Shown here: in pieces, positions 8,282 through 16,092 of the stretch
Layout of the letters: every line of letters begins with the position of its first letter
Numbering within the stretch: position 1 is the first letter of the stretch
Assembly (NCBI RefSeq): GCF_000025945.1
Contig: NC_006138.1
Span: 2,640,001 to 2,672,000 of the forward strand
Direction of reading: 5' to 3'
Length of the DNA: 32,000 nt
From: Desulfotalea psychrophila LSv54
GTDB lineage: Bacteria > Desulfobacterota > Desulfobulbia > Desulfobulbales > Desulfocapsaceae
Program-made: the position numbers and the translations under genes
Notes under the pieces: generated by a model
The model's input: only the letters and a program-made list of their open reading frames with translations
Database searches by the model: none
Told to the model about the DNA's origin: nothing

Positions 8282-8983
8282 TCAGAATGCAAGGCGAAAA
8301 CCAATGTTGTAATAGGCAAAGGTTTTCGGTCTGTGGTAACGATATGCTGACCGGACAAAACGCGCGCTTGCATTCCATGCACCGCCACGATAGACCTTGT
8401 GATCGGTACTGTCATCCACCCATGCTGAACCGTCCGCAGGTGCCCCCTCGTAGTTGCCATGCCATGTGTCCTCGCACCACTCAAAAACATTGCCATGCAT
8501 ATCGTAGAGCCCGAAACCATTGGCGGGATGCCCCCCTACCGGAGAATTCTGACAGGAAATCTTTGTGCCATAATTCACCTGCTCTATGGTAATAGCGTCC
8601 CCGAAGAAAAAACGAGTAGTGGTATGAGCCCGACAGGCATATTCCCATTCCGCCTCGCTCGGAAGACGATATCTGCTGTCATTGACCGCATTCAATTTTT
8701 TAATAAATTCCTGAGCATCCTCCCAGCTCACACCATCTGCAGGGCAGTTCTCACGGATAAGATCACTGGGATTTTCCCCCATTATTTTCAGATACTGCTC
8801 CTGAGTCACCTCGAAGCAGGCCATGTGAAAATCATCGACATGAACATTGTGCTGAGGGCCCTCAACCGCCTGCCGCTCCTTTTCCGCCACAGGGCTTCCC
8901 ATCATAAAATCACCGCCTGCTATAGGTGCGAATTTAATTCCCGTTACTTCATCGATAATAATCTGACTGATATTTTTACTCAT
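8282..8983 (-). CDS. Formylglycine-generating-enzyme (SUMF1/EgtB/PvdO) family protein, cytoplasmic, lacking the FGE catalytic Cys pair
   Basis: Motifs: GGDFMMGS, VSWEDAQEFIKKLN, YRLPSEAEWEYACRA, NGFGLYDMHGNVFEWCED, RGGAWNASARFVRSAYRY...NIGFRLA. No signal peptide. GAAGG lies upstream of ATG 8983 (internal M6 of the track ORF). Confidence 0.85.
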   Translation of the reverse strand: MSKNISQIIIDEVTGIKFAPIAGGDFMMGSPVAEKERQAVEGPQHNVHVDDFHMACFEVTQEQYLKIMGENPSDLIRENCPADGVSWEDAQEFIKKLNAVNDSRYRLPSEAEWEYACRAHTTTRFFFGDAITIEQVNYGTKISCQNSPVGGHPANGFGLYDMHGNVFEWCEDTWHGNYEGAPADGSAWVDDSTDHKVYRGGAWNASARFVRSAYRYHRPKTFAYYNIGFRLAF

Positions 8984-8994
8984 TATATTAACCT

Positions 8995-9021
8995 TCACAA
9001 AAATAAAACCGCTTGAGCGGT
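8995..9021 (-). terminator. Terminator-like hairpin plus U-tract inside the 5' leader of the FGE-like gene (possible attenuator)
   Basis: The minus strand reads ACCGC-UCAA-GCGGU followed by UUUAUUUUUG, immediately before the RBS. The stem is only 5-6 bp. Confidence 0.3.
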
Positions 9022-9181
9022 GGTTGAACTTCCCGTGGCGATGGCAGAGTTGCAGACAACCCTGCTATCTACTTTTTAAGACTCCACCCTTGATGGCGAC
9101 ATTAATATAACAAACCGACATAACAAAATTTATTCAGTAAGAGACGGTCCATTAACCAACGTTTTCATTTCACTCTTATTT

Positions 9182-9197
9182 AGCAAAGGTTGTGCCA
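9182..9197 (-). promoter_or_regulatory. Sigma-54 (-24/-12) promoter P2 driving the FGE-like gene
   Basis: The minus strand reads TGGCAC-AACCT-TTGCT, a near-perfect match to TGGCAC-N5-TTGCW. It lies ~185 nt upstream of the start codon at 8983. Confidence 0.7.
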
Positions 9198-9212
9198 GAT
9201 AGCCAAAGGAGG

Positions 9213-9225
9213 CAAGAGTTTGATA
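9213..9225 (-). promoter_or_regulatory. IHF-like site between the UAS cluster and P2
   Basis: The minus strand reads TATCAA-ACTC-TTG, matching WATCAANNNNTTR. It is centred at about -48 relative to the predicted TSS. Confidence 0.3.
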
Positions 9226-9262
9226 TTGCGTCTATAGTTAAAGGAAATAATTTGTAGCAAGA

Positions 9263-9316
9263 AACGGAATTACGTCGCCAACGAAATTCCGAGCTGAGCA
9301 GCAACGTAATTTCGTT
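9263..9316 (-). promoter_or_regulatory. Triple upstream-activator-site cluster for promoter P2
   Basis: AACGGAATTACGTC (9263..9276), AACGAAATTCCGAG (9280..9293), AACGTAATTTCGTT (9303..9316). Read from the distal end on the minus strand the spacing is 23 then 17 bp, the same as at P1. The proximal centre is ~72 bp from the TGGCAC. Confidence 0.55.
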
Positions 9317-9441
9317 CACATTGAGTTCAAAACTACCTTTGCAGTCAGCAATGAATTTGGATAAGGGTTATTATCAAGATTAAATGGGAAAGAGAGGGGG
9401 AAGGGTGGGCAAGGCTCATTAAAAGAATAGGAATTTTGCAT

Positions 9442-9477
9442 AAAAAAAGCCCTGCCGAACCTTTATTTCGACAAGGC
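9442..9477 (-). terminator. Rho-independent terminator of the flavoprotein gene
   Basis: The minus-strand RNA reads GCCUUGUCGA-(10 nt)-UCGGCAGGGC, a 10-bp stem including 2 G.U pairs, followed by UUUUUUUAU. Confidence 0.6.
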
Positions 9478-9501
9478 ATAGCTAGAGAGAAAATGACTGA
9501 A

Positions 9502-10137
9502 TTACCGAATAAAATTGGTCATAATTTTCTCTACTGGTTCAGGGGCGGGGATGTGCTCTTTTCCGTGTTCAATAAGCCTCATAATCCAGGCCATGTTTTT
9601 GCCTAGCACCTCCATTACCTGCTTACCTTCGCCATCCTGCTCCATTTCTCCAGGCTTAAGGCCATGGGCCACATTCCAATAGTTCGAGGATGGCATAATC
9701 ATCTCAGAGTAGTTAATATAATGATTTAACGTGTCAACTACGGGAATCCCGCCGGATCGCCTGACCGCAGCCACAGCAGCTCCGACCTTATGCCGGAAGA
9801 GATTTCCATTGACCGAAGAAACGAAAAAAGCTCTATCAAGAAAGGATTTCATTGTCCCTGCCACACCGGCAAAATGGACAGGAGATCCAAGCAGAATCCC
9901 ATCGGCCGCCTTCATCTTCTGAATCCATTCATTGACTGGATCGTTTTTTATGGCACACGCTTCATTTTGATTTTTCACACAGCCGTAACAGGCAATGCAG
10001 CCCTGTATTTTTTTCTTGCCGACATGAATCATTTCCGTCTCAATCCCAGCACCTTCCAGCTGATCAAGAACTATCTGCAATGAACAAGCGGTATTCCCTT
10101 CTTTATTAGGGCTGCCGTTAAATGCAATAACTTTCAA
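9502..10137 (-). CDS. Iron-sulfur flavoprotein (Isf-like NADPH-dependent FMN reductase / flavodoxin fold)
   Basis: (M)KVIAFNGSPNKEGNT is the flavodoxin-like FMN loop. A compact C-x2-C-x2-C-x7-C motif (CIACYGCVKNQNEAC) is typical of Isf. AAGGAG lies 7 nt upstream of TTG 10137, so the track start at 10233 is probably too long. Confidence 0.8.
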   Translation of the reverse strand: MKVIAFNGSPNKEGNTACSLQIVLDQLEGAGIETEMIHVGKKKIQGCIACYGCVKNQNEACAIKNDPVNEWIQKMKAADGILLGSPVHFAGVAGTMKSFLDRAFFVSSVNGNLFRHKVGAAVAAVRRSGGIPVVDTLNHYINYSEMIMPSSNYWNVAHGLKPGEMEQDGEGKQVMEVLGKNMAWIMRLIEHGKEHIPAPEPVEKIMTNFIR

Positions 10138-10286
10138 TTGTATTCTCCTTTTTTCTAGATTAGTTCCTACTCTGGCAAGTTCCTGTTCTGCTTGCATTGC
10201 ATCGAGCCGCCCCTTACGACGGAGATGGGACAAGCATTACAGGCCTCGTATTCAAGAATCTGGCCTTCCTTTTTTTCACACTTTTT

Positions 10287-10302
10287 TATACCGAACGGTA
10301 TA
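10287..10302. promoter_or_regulatory. Palindromic operator candidate TATACCG-AA-CGGTATA between the TetR gene and the flavoprotein gene
   Basis: Perfect 7-bp arms with a 2-bp spacer, located in the 180-bp gap upstream of the Isf-like gene and just after the TetR stop codon. Confidence 0.45.
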
Positions 10303-10319
10303 TTTTATAACAAAAAAAA

Positions 10320-10904
10320 TTACATCTTTCTGATAAGATCCTCTATATAGCCCAGAGCGTTTTCAATATAGCTTTTGTCTTGTGTTACTTTACTCATGGC
10401 AAAACCACCTTCAACAAGACAGATGAGTATATAAGCTGTTTGAGAGGCATTCGTCTTTTTAGAAAATTCCCCCTCACTCATTCCGTCTTCAATAAAGGAA
10501 ATTATTGATTGCCTCCATGAGGCAATAGTCTTCTGCACTGCGACTTGCAACTGTTCATTCACATCATAACTGTCAACAGCAGTGTTAAGAACAGGACAGC
10601 CACCATTATGGAGGATATGTTGATGAATGGCCAGGTACGTTTTTGGGTATGCAAGCAACTTTCCACGGTTAGTTTTTGCAGCCAAAATATTGTCCTGCAA
10701 GGCATTATAAACAAAGAGCACATTATATTTGTACGCACACAATGCGACCTCATCTTTGTTTTTAAAATTACCGTATATAGAACCCTTAGTCAGCCCTGTC
10801 GCATCGACAAGATCTTTAAGGCTGGTTGCGGCATAACCCTTTTTATTAAAAACCGGAGCTACTTGCTCAATAACAAATTGTTTAGTCTTTTCTGCTTTAC
10901 TCAT
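10320..10904 (-). CDS. TetR/AcrR family transcriptional regulator
   Basis: N-terminal HTH GYAATSLKDLVDATGLTKGSIYGNFKNKDEV, followed by an all-helical C-terminal domain. The start is taken at MSKAEKTK; alternative upstream starts run up to 10934. Confidence 0.85.
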   Translation of the reverse strand: MSKAEKTKQFVIEQVAPVFNKKGYAATSLKDLVDATGLTKGSIYGNFKNKDEVALCAYKYNVLFVYNALQDNILAAKTNRGKLLAYPKTYLAIHQHILHNGGCPVLNTAVDSYDVNEQLQVAVQKTIASWRQSIISFIEDGMSEGEFSKKTNASQTAYILICLVEGGFAMSKVTQDKSYIENALGYIEDLIRKM

Positions 10905-11032
10905 GGCTAAATTTAACATTAAGAAGGAGATCAAAACAGCTCAAGCTGTAAAACAATCGAGTTCCCCCGAAAGATAGATCGATAATTTTACTAAAAAACT
11001 GGAAGCACAACCGTAACAACAAGCCGGCCCCC

Positions 11033-11524
11033 TTACCCGAGCAAGCTCTTACTAGCCGCAGCTATTTGCAACTGACTGAAGACCTCAATGCCGTTGGCCC
11101 TGAGGAGGGCTGCAGTAACGCCCATTCCGGTTTTTTTAAGAGCAGAAAAGCTACCGTCATAGATGCTGCTGCTCCCGCAGGAAGGGCTCGACTCTGCCAG
11201 GATGGCAATCCTGATATCCCGTTGCAGACAGAGGGACAAAGCGGCCTCTGCCCCCGCAATAAAATAGGAGGAGACATCTTGGCCTGTATTTTCCTGGACC
11301 CGGGCCCGCCCGCCCAGCACGGCCACTCCATCACCGCCTAGGATTTCAGAGGGGTTTCGGGGAGTAGACATCCCGGAAATCACCTCAGGACAGACAGCCA
11401 CAACCCGCCCCTCCTCCAGCCAGCGATCCATGGTTTCATTATCCATGGCCAATGAGCCACCATTATACCTCACCTTCTGCCCAAGCAAACAGGCGCTTAC
11501 CAATATCTCTTTCATAAATCTCAT
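11033..11524 (-). CDS. DUF523 family protein (TudS-like thiouracil desulfidase family)
   Basis: Family hallmarks as I recall them: ILVSACLLGQKVRYNGG, VAVCPEVISGMSTPRNPSEI, AILAESSPSCGSSSIYDGSF, GMGVTAALL. Confidence 0.8.
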   Translation of the reverse strand: MRFMKEILVSACLLGQKVRYNGGSLAMDNETMDRWLEEGRVVAVCPEVISGMSTPRNPSEILGGDGVAVLGGRARVQENTGQDVSSYFIAGAEAALSLCLQRDIRIAILAESSPSCGSSSIYDGSFSALKKTGMGVTAALLRANGIEVFSQLQIAAASKSLLG

Positions 11525-11597
11525 AAAACTTAATAGGATAAAAAAAGCTGCAGAGGATCACCCTCCACAGCTCACACTTCTCTTCTTTAAGGGAGGC

Positions 11598-12190
11598 CTA
11601 TACTTCGTTTTCCCAATCACCGATAATAGAACCGGGCAGAGCACTGAGATCTATCCGCCGCGCCTCGGCAATACCAGCTTGCAGGGCATCACGGTTCATA
11701 TTCTCTGTACCCTTGGGCACCCGGCTCAGGAGGGCCATTTCCAGATGTTTCAGATCAACCTGACCTGAGAGATATCCGACGGCACCAAGGGCCACCATAT
11801 TGGCCACCAACTCACGGCCGATATCCTGTCTGGCAATTTTAGTAAAGGGAATAGCCACCGCCCGACTGGTGGGAATTTGCTCCACATAGGTGGAATCAAC
11901 CACCAAAAGGCCATCGGTCTTTGTCTCATAAAAATAGGCATCACAGGCCGCCTGAGTCATGGCCAAAAGCAGATCCACCTGAAGTGCCTTCGGGTAATCA
12001 ATGGGTTCATTTGAGATGACAAGCTCTGCCTTACTCTTACCACCTCGGGCCTCCGGACCATAGCTCTGCGTTTGACAGACATGTTTACCATCATAGGCAC
12101 CGACGGCATCGGCCATGACAACGGCGGCGGTGATAATACCCTGGCCCCAGAACCACTAAAACGAATTTCATAACGGGAGTTTATGTTCAT
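11598..12190 (-). pseudogene. 2-oxoacid:ferredoxin oxidoreductase gamma subunit, split by a 1-nt frameshift in a G4 run (true pseudogene or homopolymer sequencing error)
   Basis: Frame 1 from ATG 12190 reads MNINSRYEIRFSGSG and then nonsense. The adjacent frame reads GQGIITAAVVMADAVGAYDGKHVCQTQSYGPEARGGKSKAELVIS... One extra G at 12145..12148 (CCCC on the + strand) restores the canonical FSG-S-GGQG motif. Confidence 0.8.
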
Positions 12191-13026
12191 TATTTCATCT
12201 CCTTCTGGCTTTCCCTACGCAGACGGTCATACTCCTCTGTCAGTACCGGTTTATCCAGATCACAGAGTACACCGATGGAAAATTTACCCTCCATCTCTTC
12301 AGGACTCATCTTTGCGGCCTGGGCGACGGTAACTGCATTTTCCTTATAGGATTGAATCATGGTGGCGGCACTGCCGAGTTTATTCCTGCGGCCATGCTGA
12401 ACATGACAGTTGGAGATAATTTCCACCACAGAAAAGCCCCGCTTGCTGATGGCCTTTTTTATAATACCATCCAACTGGGCAGCATGATAAACGGTGCCGC
12501 GGGCAACAAAGGCTGCCCCCGCCGTTACCGCCAGCTCAGCAATATTAAAAGAGTGCTCCACATGACCATATACAGAGGTCGTTGACTTACTTCCATATGG
12601 GGTGGTCGGTGAATACTGACCACCGGTCATGCCGTAGGTACTGTTATTGACAATAATGGCAGTGATATCAAGATTGCGACGGGCGGCATGGATAAAGTGG
12701 TTGCCCCCAATTGCGGTGGCATCACCATCACCCATAATGGTAATAACATTAAGTTCCGGCTTAGCAAGTTTTATGCCCGTGGAAAAGGTCAGGGCCCGGC
12801 CATGGGTTGTATGCATGGTATTAAAATCTACATAGGTAGTCATCCGGCCTGAACAGCCTATACCCGAGGCCAGAACAATGTCATCCTTGGGAATTTGCAA
12901 ACCATGAATGGCCCTAAGGAGGGAGCCAAGAACAATCCCATTACCACAACCCGGACACCAGACATGGGGAAACTTCTTATTATGCCGTAAATATTCCTGG
13001 CGAATAACTTCTGCGCTTTCCAACAT
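12190..13026 (-). CDS. 2-oxoacid:ferredoxin oxidoreductase beta subunit (TPP-binding)
   Basis: Motifs: HVWCPGCGNGIV, GIGCSGR, MGDGDATAIGGNHFIHAARRN (TPP motif GDG...N). GAAGGAG RBS present. Substrate (2-oxoglutarate, pyruvate or 2-oxoisovalerate) cannot be assigned by eye. Confidence 0.9.
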   Translation of the reverse strand: MLESAEVIRQEYLRHNKKFPHVWCPGCGNGIVLGSLLRAIHGLQIPKDDIVLASGIGCSGRMTTYVDFNTMHTTHGRALTFSTGIKLAKPELNVITIMGDGDATAIGGNHFIHAARRNLDITAIIVNNSTYGMTGGQYSPTTPYGSKSTTSVYGHVEHSFNIAELAVTAGAAFVARGTVYHAAQLDGIIKKAISKRGFSVVEIISNCHVQHGRRNKLGSAATMIQSYKENAVTVAQAAKMSPEEMEGKFSIGVLCDLDKPVLTEEYDRLRRESQKEMK

Positions 13027-13208
13027 ATTTCACTCCTTCACAGATCCTCTGATTGAGGATAAATTGAAGGGAACCTTGAAAAATGGGCCTCTCTTTAAAG
13101 TTCAACCTTATTATGCCTCACAATCGAGGCCAGGCTGAGCTTTATCGAAATTTTCATTTTTTCAAACTACCCTGAAACTAAAGAAATAGCATGTACTCTC
13201 GCAAGTCA

Positions 13209-14354
13209 CTACTGAAGGTTCACCAGCTTATGGAGAATCTCCTCTGGAGTGATCAGGGTGCCGTCAACCTTATTGAGTTTGACTACCCGGGCATCACCTG
13301 GATTAACCCGGCTCACCTCACGGCTTATCTGACCGAAATTCATCTCTGGCACGATCACAGTCCGACACTGCCTGAGAGCCGCATCAACCACCCTTCTGGG
13401 AAAGGGAAAGAGCGTTACGAGCTGGATCAGACCCGCCTTCACGCCCTGCTGCCGAGCCTCCTTTACCGCCCTCTGGGCAGATCTGGACACAGATCCATAG
13501 GCAATGACGCAAATTTCCGCATCTTCCATCTCAAATGCCTTATGGAGAACAATCTCAGAAAAGCCCTTGGTGATCTTCTCATGAATACGGGTGAGAAACT
13601 GCTTTACCTCCTGAGGTTTTTGGGTAGGAAAACCCTTCTCATCATGAACAAGACCCGTTACATGATGCCGATAACCATCACCAAAGGAGGCCATATCAGG
13701 AACACTGCGATTATTATTGGCATAGGGTTTATACCAATCACTGGGGACAGTGGGAGCAATCCGATCAAAAATAAGCAGCTCTTCCGGGGATGGCAGATTA
13801 ACCGACTCCCGGGTATGACCCACCACCTCATCGGAGAGGATGATAACAGGGGTTCTAAATTTTTCGGCAATATTAAAGGCCTTTACTGTTATGGAAAAAC
13901 ACTCGCTCACCGAAGAAACCGAGAGAACCACAATGGGGTGATCGCCATGGGTGCCCCAGCGGGCCATCTGCACATCTCCCTGGGCAACACAGGTGGGCAG
14001 GCCAGTACTAGGCCCACCGCGCATGACATTAACCACAACACAGGGGGCCTCGGTAATACAGGCATAGCCCAGATTTTCCTGGATAAGGGAAAAACCGGGA
14101 CCACTGGTGGCAGTCATGGCCTTTGCTCCGGCCAGAGAGGCACCGACAATGGCCCCCATGGAGGCAATCTCATCTTCCATCTGAATAAAGGTGCCACCTT
14201 CCTGGGGTAACTTTTCCGAGAGTACTTCGCTTATTTCAGTAGCTGGGGTTATGGGATAGCCGGCAAAGAAATTACAGCCGGCAGCAAGGGCACCATAGGC
14301 TATAGCCTCATTCCCCTGAAGCAAAACACGTTTTTGTCCATCAGCGTTTTCCAT
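13209..14354 (-). CDS. 2-oxoacid:ferredoxin oxidoreductase alpha subunit
   Basis: GNEAIAYGALAAGCNFFAGYPITPATEI and SGPGFSLIQENLGYA are typical alpha-subunit motifs. The gene overlaps the delta gene by 14 nt. Confidence 0.9.
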   Translation of the reverse strand: MENADGQKRVLLQGNEAIAYGALAAGCNFFAGYPITPATEISEVLSEKLPQEGGTFIQMEDEIASMGAIVGASLAGAKAMTATSGPGFSLIQENLGYACITEAPCVVVNVMRGGPSTGLPTCVAQGDVQMARWGTHGDHPIVVLSVSSVSECFSITVKAFNIAEKFRTPVIILSDEVVGHTRESVNLPSPEELLIFDRIAPTVPSDWYKPYANNNRSVPDMASFGDGYRHHVTGLVHDEKGFPTQKPQEVKQFLTRIHEKITKGFSEIVLHKAFEMEDAEICVIAYGSVSRSAQRAVKEARQQGVKAGLIQLVTLFPFPRRVVDAALRQCRTVIVPEMNFGQISREVSRVNPGDARVVKLNKVDGTLITPEEILHKLVNLQ

Positions 14355-14685
14355 CGGTACTCCTCCTCGTATCTTTTCTCTTTTTCACAGTTATTGCAAA
14401 ATCAGGGCAGTGAATCTCACAAATTCGGCAACCGATACAGGCATCAGGATTTTCCACCCGGGGCTTTCCTGTTTCGTCTGTACTTATTACCTGCTTAGGA
14501 CAGAGAGCAGAGCAGAGGCCACATGATTTACACCACTCATAGAAGAACTTTACACTATACAGGATTCGCTTCTTCTCTTTCGGGGCTACGGAGCCTGTCT
14601 CTTTGGCAGGGACTTCACTCTTTTTGGCTTTTGCACCTTTTTGAGGGGCAGAAGCTTTGGGAGACGCAGAAACTTTTTTTTCCAT
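14341..14685 (-). CDS. 2-oxoacid:ferredoxin oxidoreductase delta subunit (2x[4Fe-4S] ferredoxin) with a ~40-aa Lys/Ala/Pro-rich N-terminal tail
   Basis: CKSCGLCSALCP and CIGCRICEIHCP cluster motifs. GAGGGA RBS precedes ATG 14685 (MEKKVSASPKASAPQKGAKAKKSEVPAKE...). Confidence 0.8.
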   Translation of the reverse strand: MEKKVSASPKASAPQKGAKAKKSEVPAKETGSVAPKEKKRILYSVKFFYEWCKSCGLCSALCPKQVISTDETGKPRVENPDACIGCRICEIHCPDFAITVKKRKDTRRSTDGKR

Positions 14686-14827
14686 TTTTCCCTCAAACAG
14701 CGTTAAAGGTAGATAAAAAACACTTACAGAACAGCGCATTCACAAACTTCATCTAAAATTTTTACTATAACAGGAGGTAGTGTCAACAAGAATAGCACAG
14801 GAAGACAAAAAAGAGGGGTATTCTATC

Positions 14828-14866
14828 AATAAAACAGGGCAAGCTCTCTGGAAGAGACCACCCTGT
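14828..14866 (-). terminator. Terminator-like hairpin after the MFS transporter gene
   Basis: The minus strand reads ACAGGG...CCCUGU, with inner pairing, followed by UUUAUUG. Confidence 0.4.
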
Positions 14867-14894
14867 AAAATCACACCTACAATGAGCAGACCTG

Positions 14895-16085
14895 CTAAGG
14901 CTGAACAAGTCTATCCCTTCCCGCCTTGAGGACAAAGAAGAAAAGGAGAATATTGGAGGCGACAAGAATAAGAATGGGAATATCCCACGAGCCAGTTACC
15001 TCATACACTACTCCCAACAGGATCGGCCCTATTGCGGCAAAGAGATAACCCGCCGACTGAGCCATACCGGACAGCTCTGCTGCCAGCCGGGCATGGGGCG
15101 TACGCAAAGAGATAAAGGCAATAGCCAAACTAATGCTCCCGCCCTGACCAATGCTGAGAAGGATTATAGAACAGATAAGGACAGGCTTGGTGGTCGCATA
15201 AAAGAGGAGTAACATGCCAACAAGATAGATCGTGGCCTTAACGGTACCAATGAGCCTCTGATTTTTAAATTTATCGGCAATAATCGGAATAACAAGGGTT
15301 GCCGGCAGACCCACCAGTTGAAAGGTGAGGGCCATTGTCCCGGCAAAACTACTCTCCATGCCCCTTGCCATAATTATAGAGGGAAGCCAGGCAACCAGAG
15401 AATAAAAAAGCAGGGATTGGATTCCCATAAAAAGGGTTACCCACCAGGCCATGGGCGAGGTCCAAATAGATTTTTCGCTAGGAGGAGCACTAGCTCCATT
15501 GGAGTTCGTTCGATCAGCATCTGCCTTTTTAAGCTGAGGCAGCCAGACAATAATGGTAAAAACAACGAGGATAGCCCAAAGGGCAAGACCATGTCGCCAA
15601 CCGAAACCATAGCCAGAAGCCATGGGCACACTTAGCCCGGCCCCCACCGCTGCAAAGACACACATACTGGTGGTATAGATACTGGTTAGTCTGCCAACAT
15701 GAGTGGAGAATTTTTGCTTTATTATAGAGGGGATAAGGACATTACCTATGGCAATACCCAGGCCCATCAGAGCTGTGCCGACAAAGAGGCCAGAAGAGTT
15801 GGTATAGGATCGAACTAACTCCCCGACAAAAATAAAAATAAGTCCAAAGAGCATGGTATAGCCAGAGCCAAATCTCTTACTTATCTTAGACACAAAGGGA
15901 GAAAAGAGAGCAAATGCCAGCAGTGGAAGGGTGGTGATAAATCCTGCCTGGACATTATTAAGCCCCAGATCTTCCTTGATAAGATCAATAATAGGGCCGA
16001 CGCCTGTAATGGGAGCCCGAAGGTTAAAGGCTATAAAGATAATACCTATTACCAGGACAACACGAGGGGAAAATATTTTTTTCAT
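14895..16085 (-). CDS. MFS transporter (CynX/YeaN-like subfamily)
   Basis: About 12 predicted TM segments. The N-terminus MKKIFSPRVVLVIGIIFIAFNLRAPITGVGPIIDLIKEDLGL is typical of the CynX-type. Start set at M73 of the track ORF, 8 nt after the GntR stop. The upstream 72 codons overlap the GntR gene. Confidence 0.8.
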   Translation of the reverse strand: MKKIFSPRVVLVIGIIFIAFNLRAPITGVGPIIDLIKEDLGLNNVQAGFITTLPLLAFALFSPFVSKISKRFGSGYTMLFGLIFIFVGELVRSYTNSSGLFVGTALMGLGIAIGNVLIPSIIKQKFSTHVGRLTSIYTTSMCVFAAVGAGLSVPMASGYGFGWRHGLALWAILVVFTIIVWLPQLKKADADRTNSNGASAPPSEKSIWTSPMAWWVTLFMGIQSLLFYSLVAWLPSIIMARGMESSFAGTMALTFQLVGLPATLVIPIIADKFKNQRLIGTVKATIYLVGMLLLFYATTKPVLICSIILLSIGQGGSISLAIAFISLRTPHARLAAELSGMAQSAGYLFAAIGPILLGVVYEVTGSWDIPILILVASNILLFFFVLKAGRDRLVQP

Positions 16086-16092
16086 TGTGACT

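Noticed and set aside
8287-9016. Two + strand ORFs (101 and 185 aa) overlapping the FGE-like gene
   Set aside because: They are shadow ORFs opposite a gene with strong FGE/SUMF1 motifs. Neither has an RBS or recognisable motifs.
13027-13208. 182-bp spacer between the alpha and beta subunit genes of the oxidoreductase
   Set aside because: It contains only a 5-bp hairpin and a 19-codon ORF without an RBS. It is unusual but has no supportable feature, and the strong GAAGGAG RBS for beta suggests a simple intercistronic gap.
13191-14210. 339-aa ORF on the + strand
   Set aside because: It is entirely antisense to the well-supported alpha subunit gene (13209..14354). The translation is low-complexity (G/H/N/R/T-rich) with no motifs. 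This is a typical shadow ORF.
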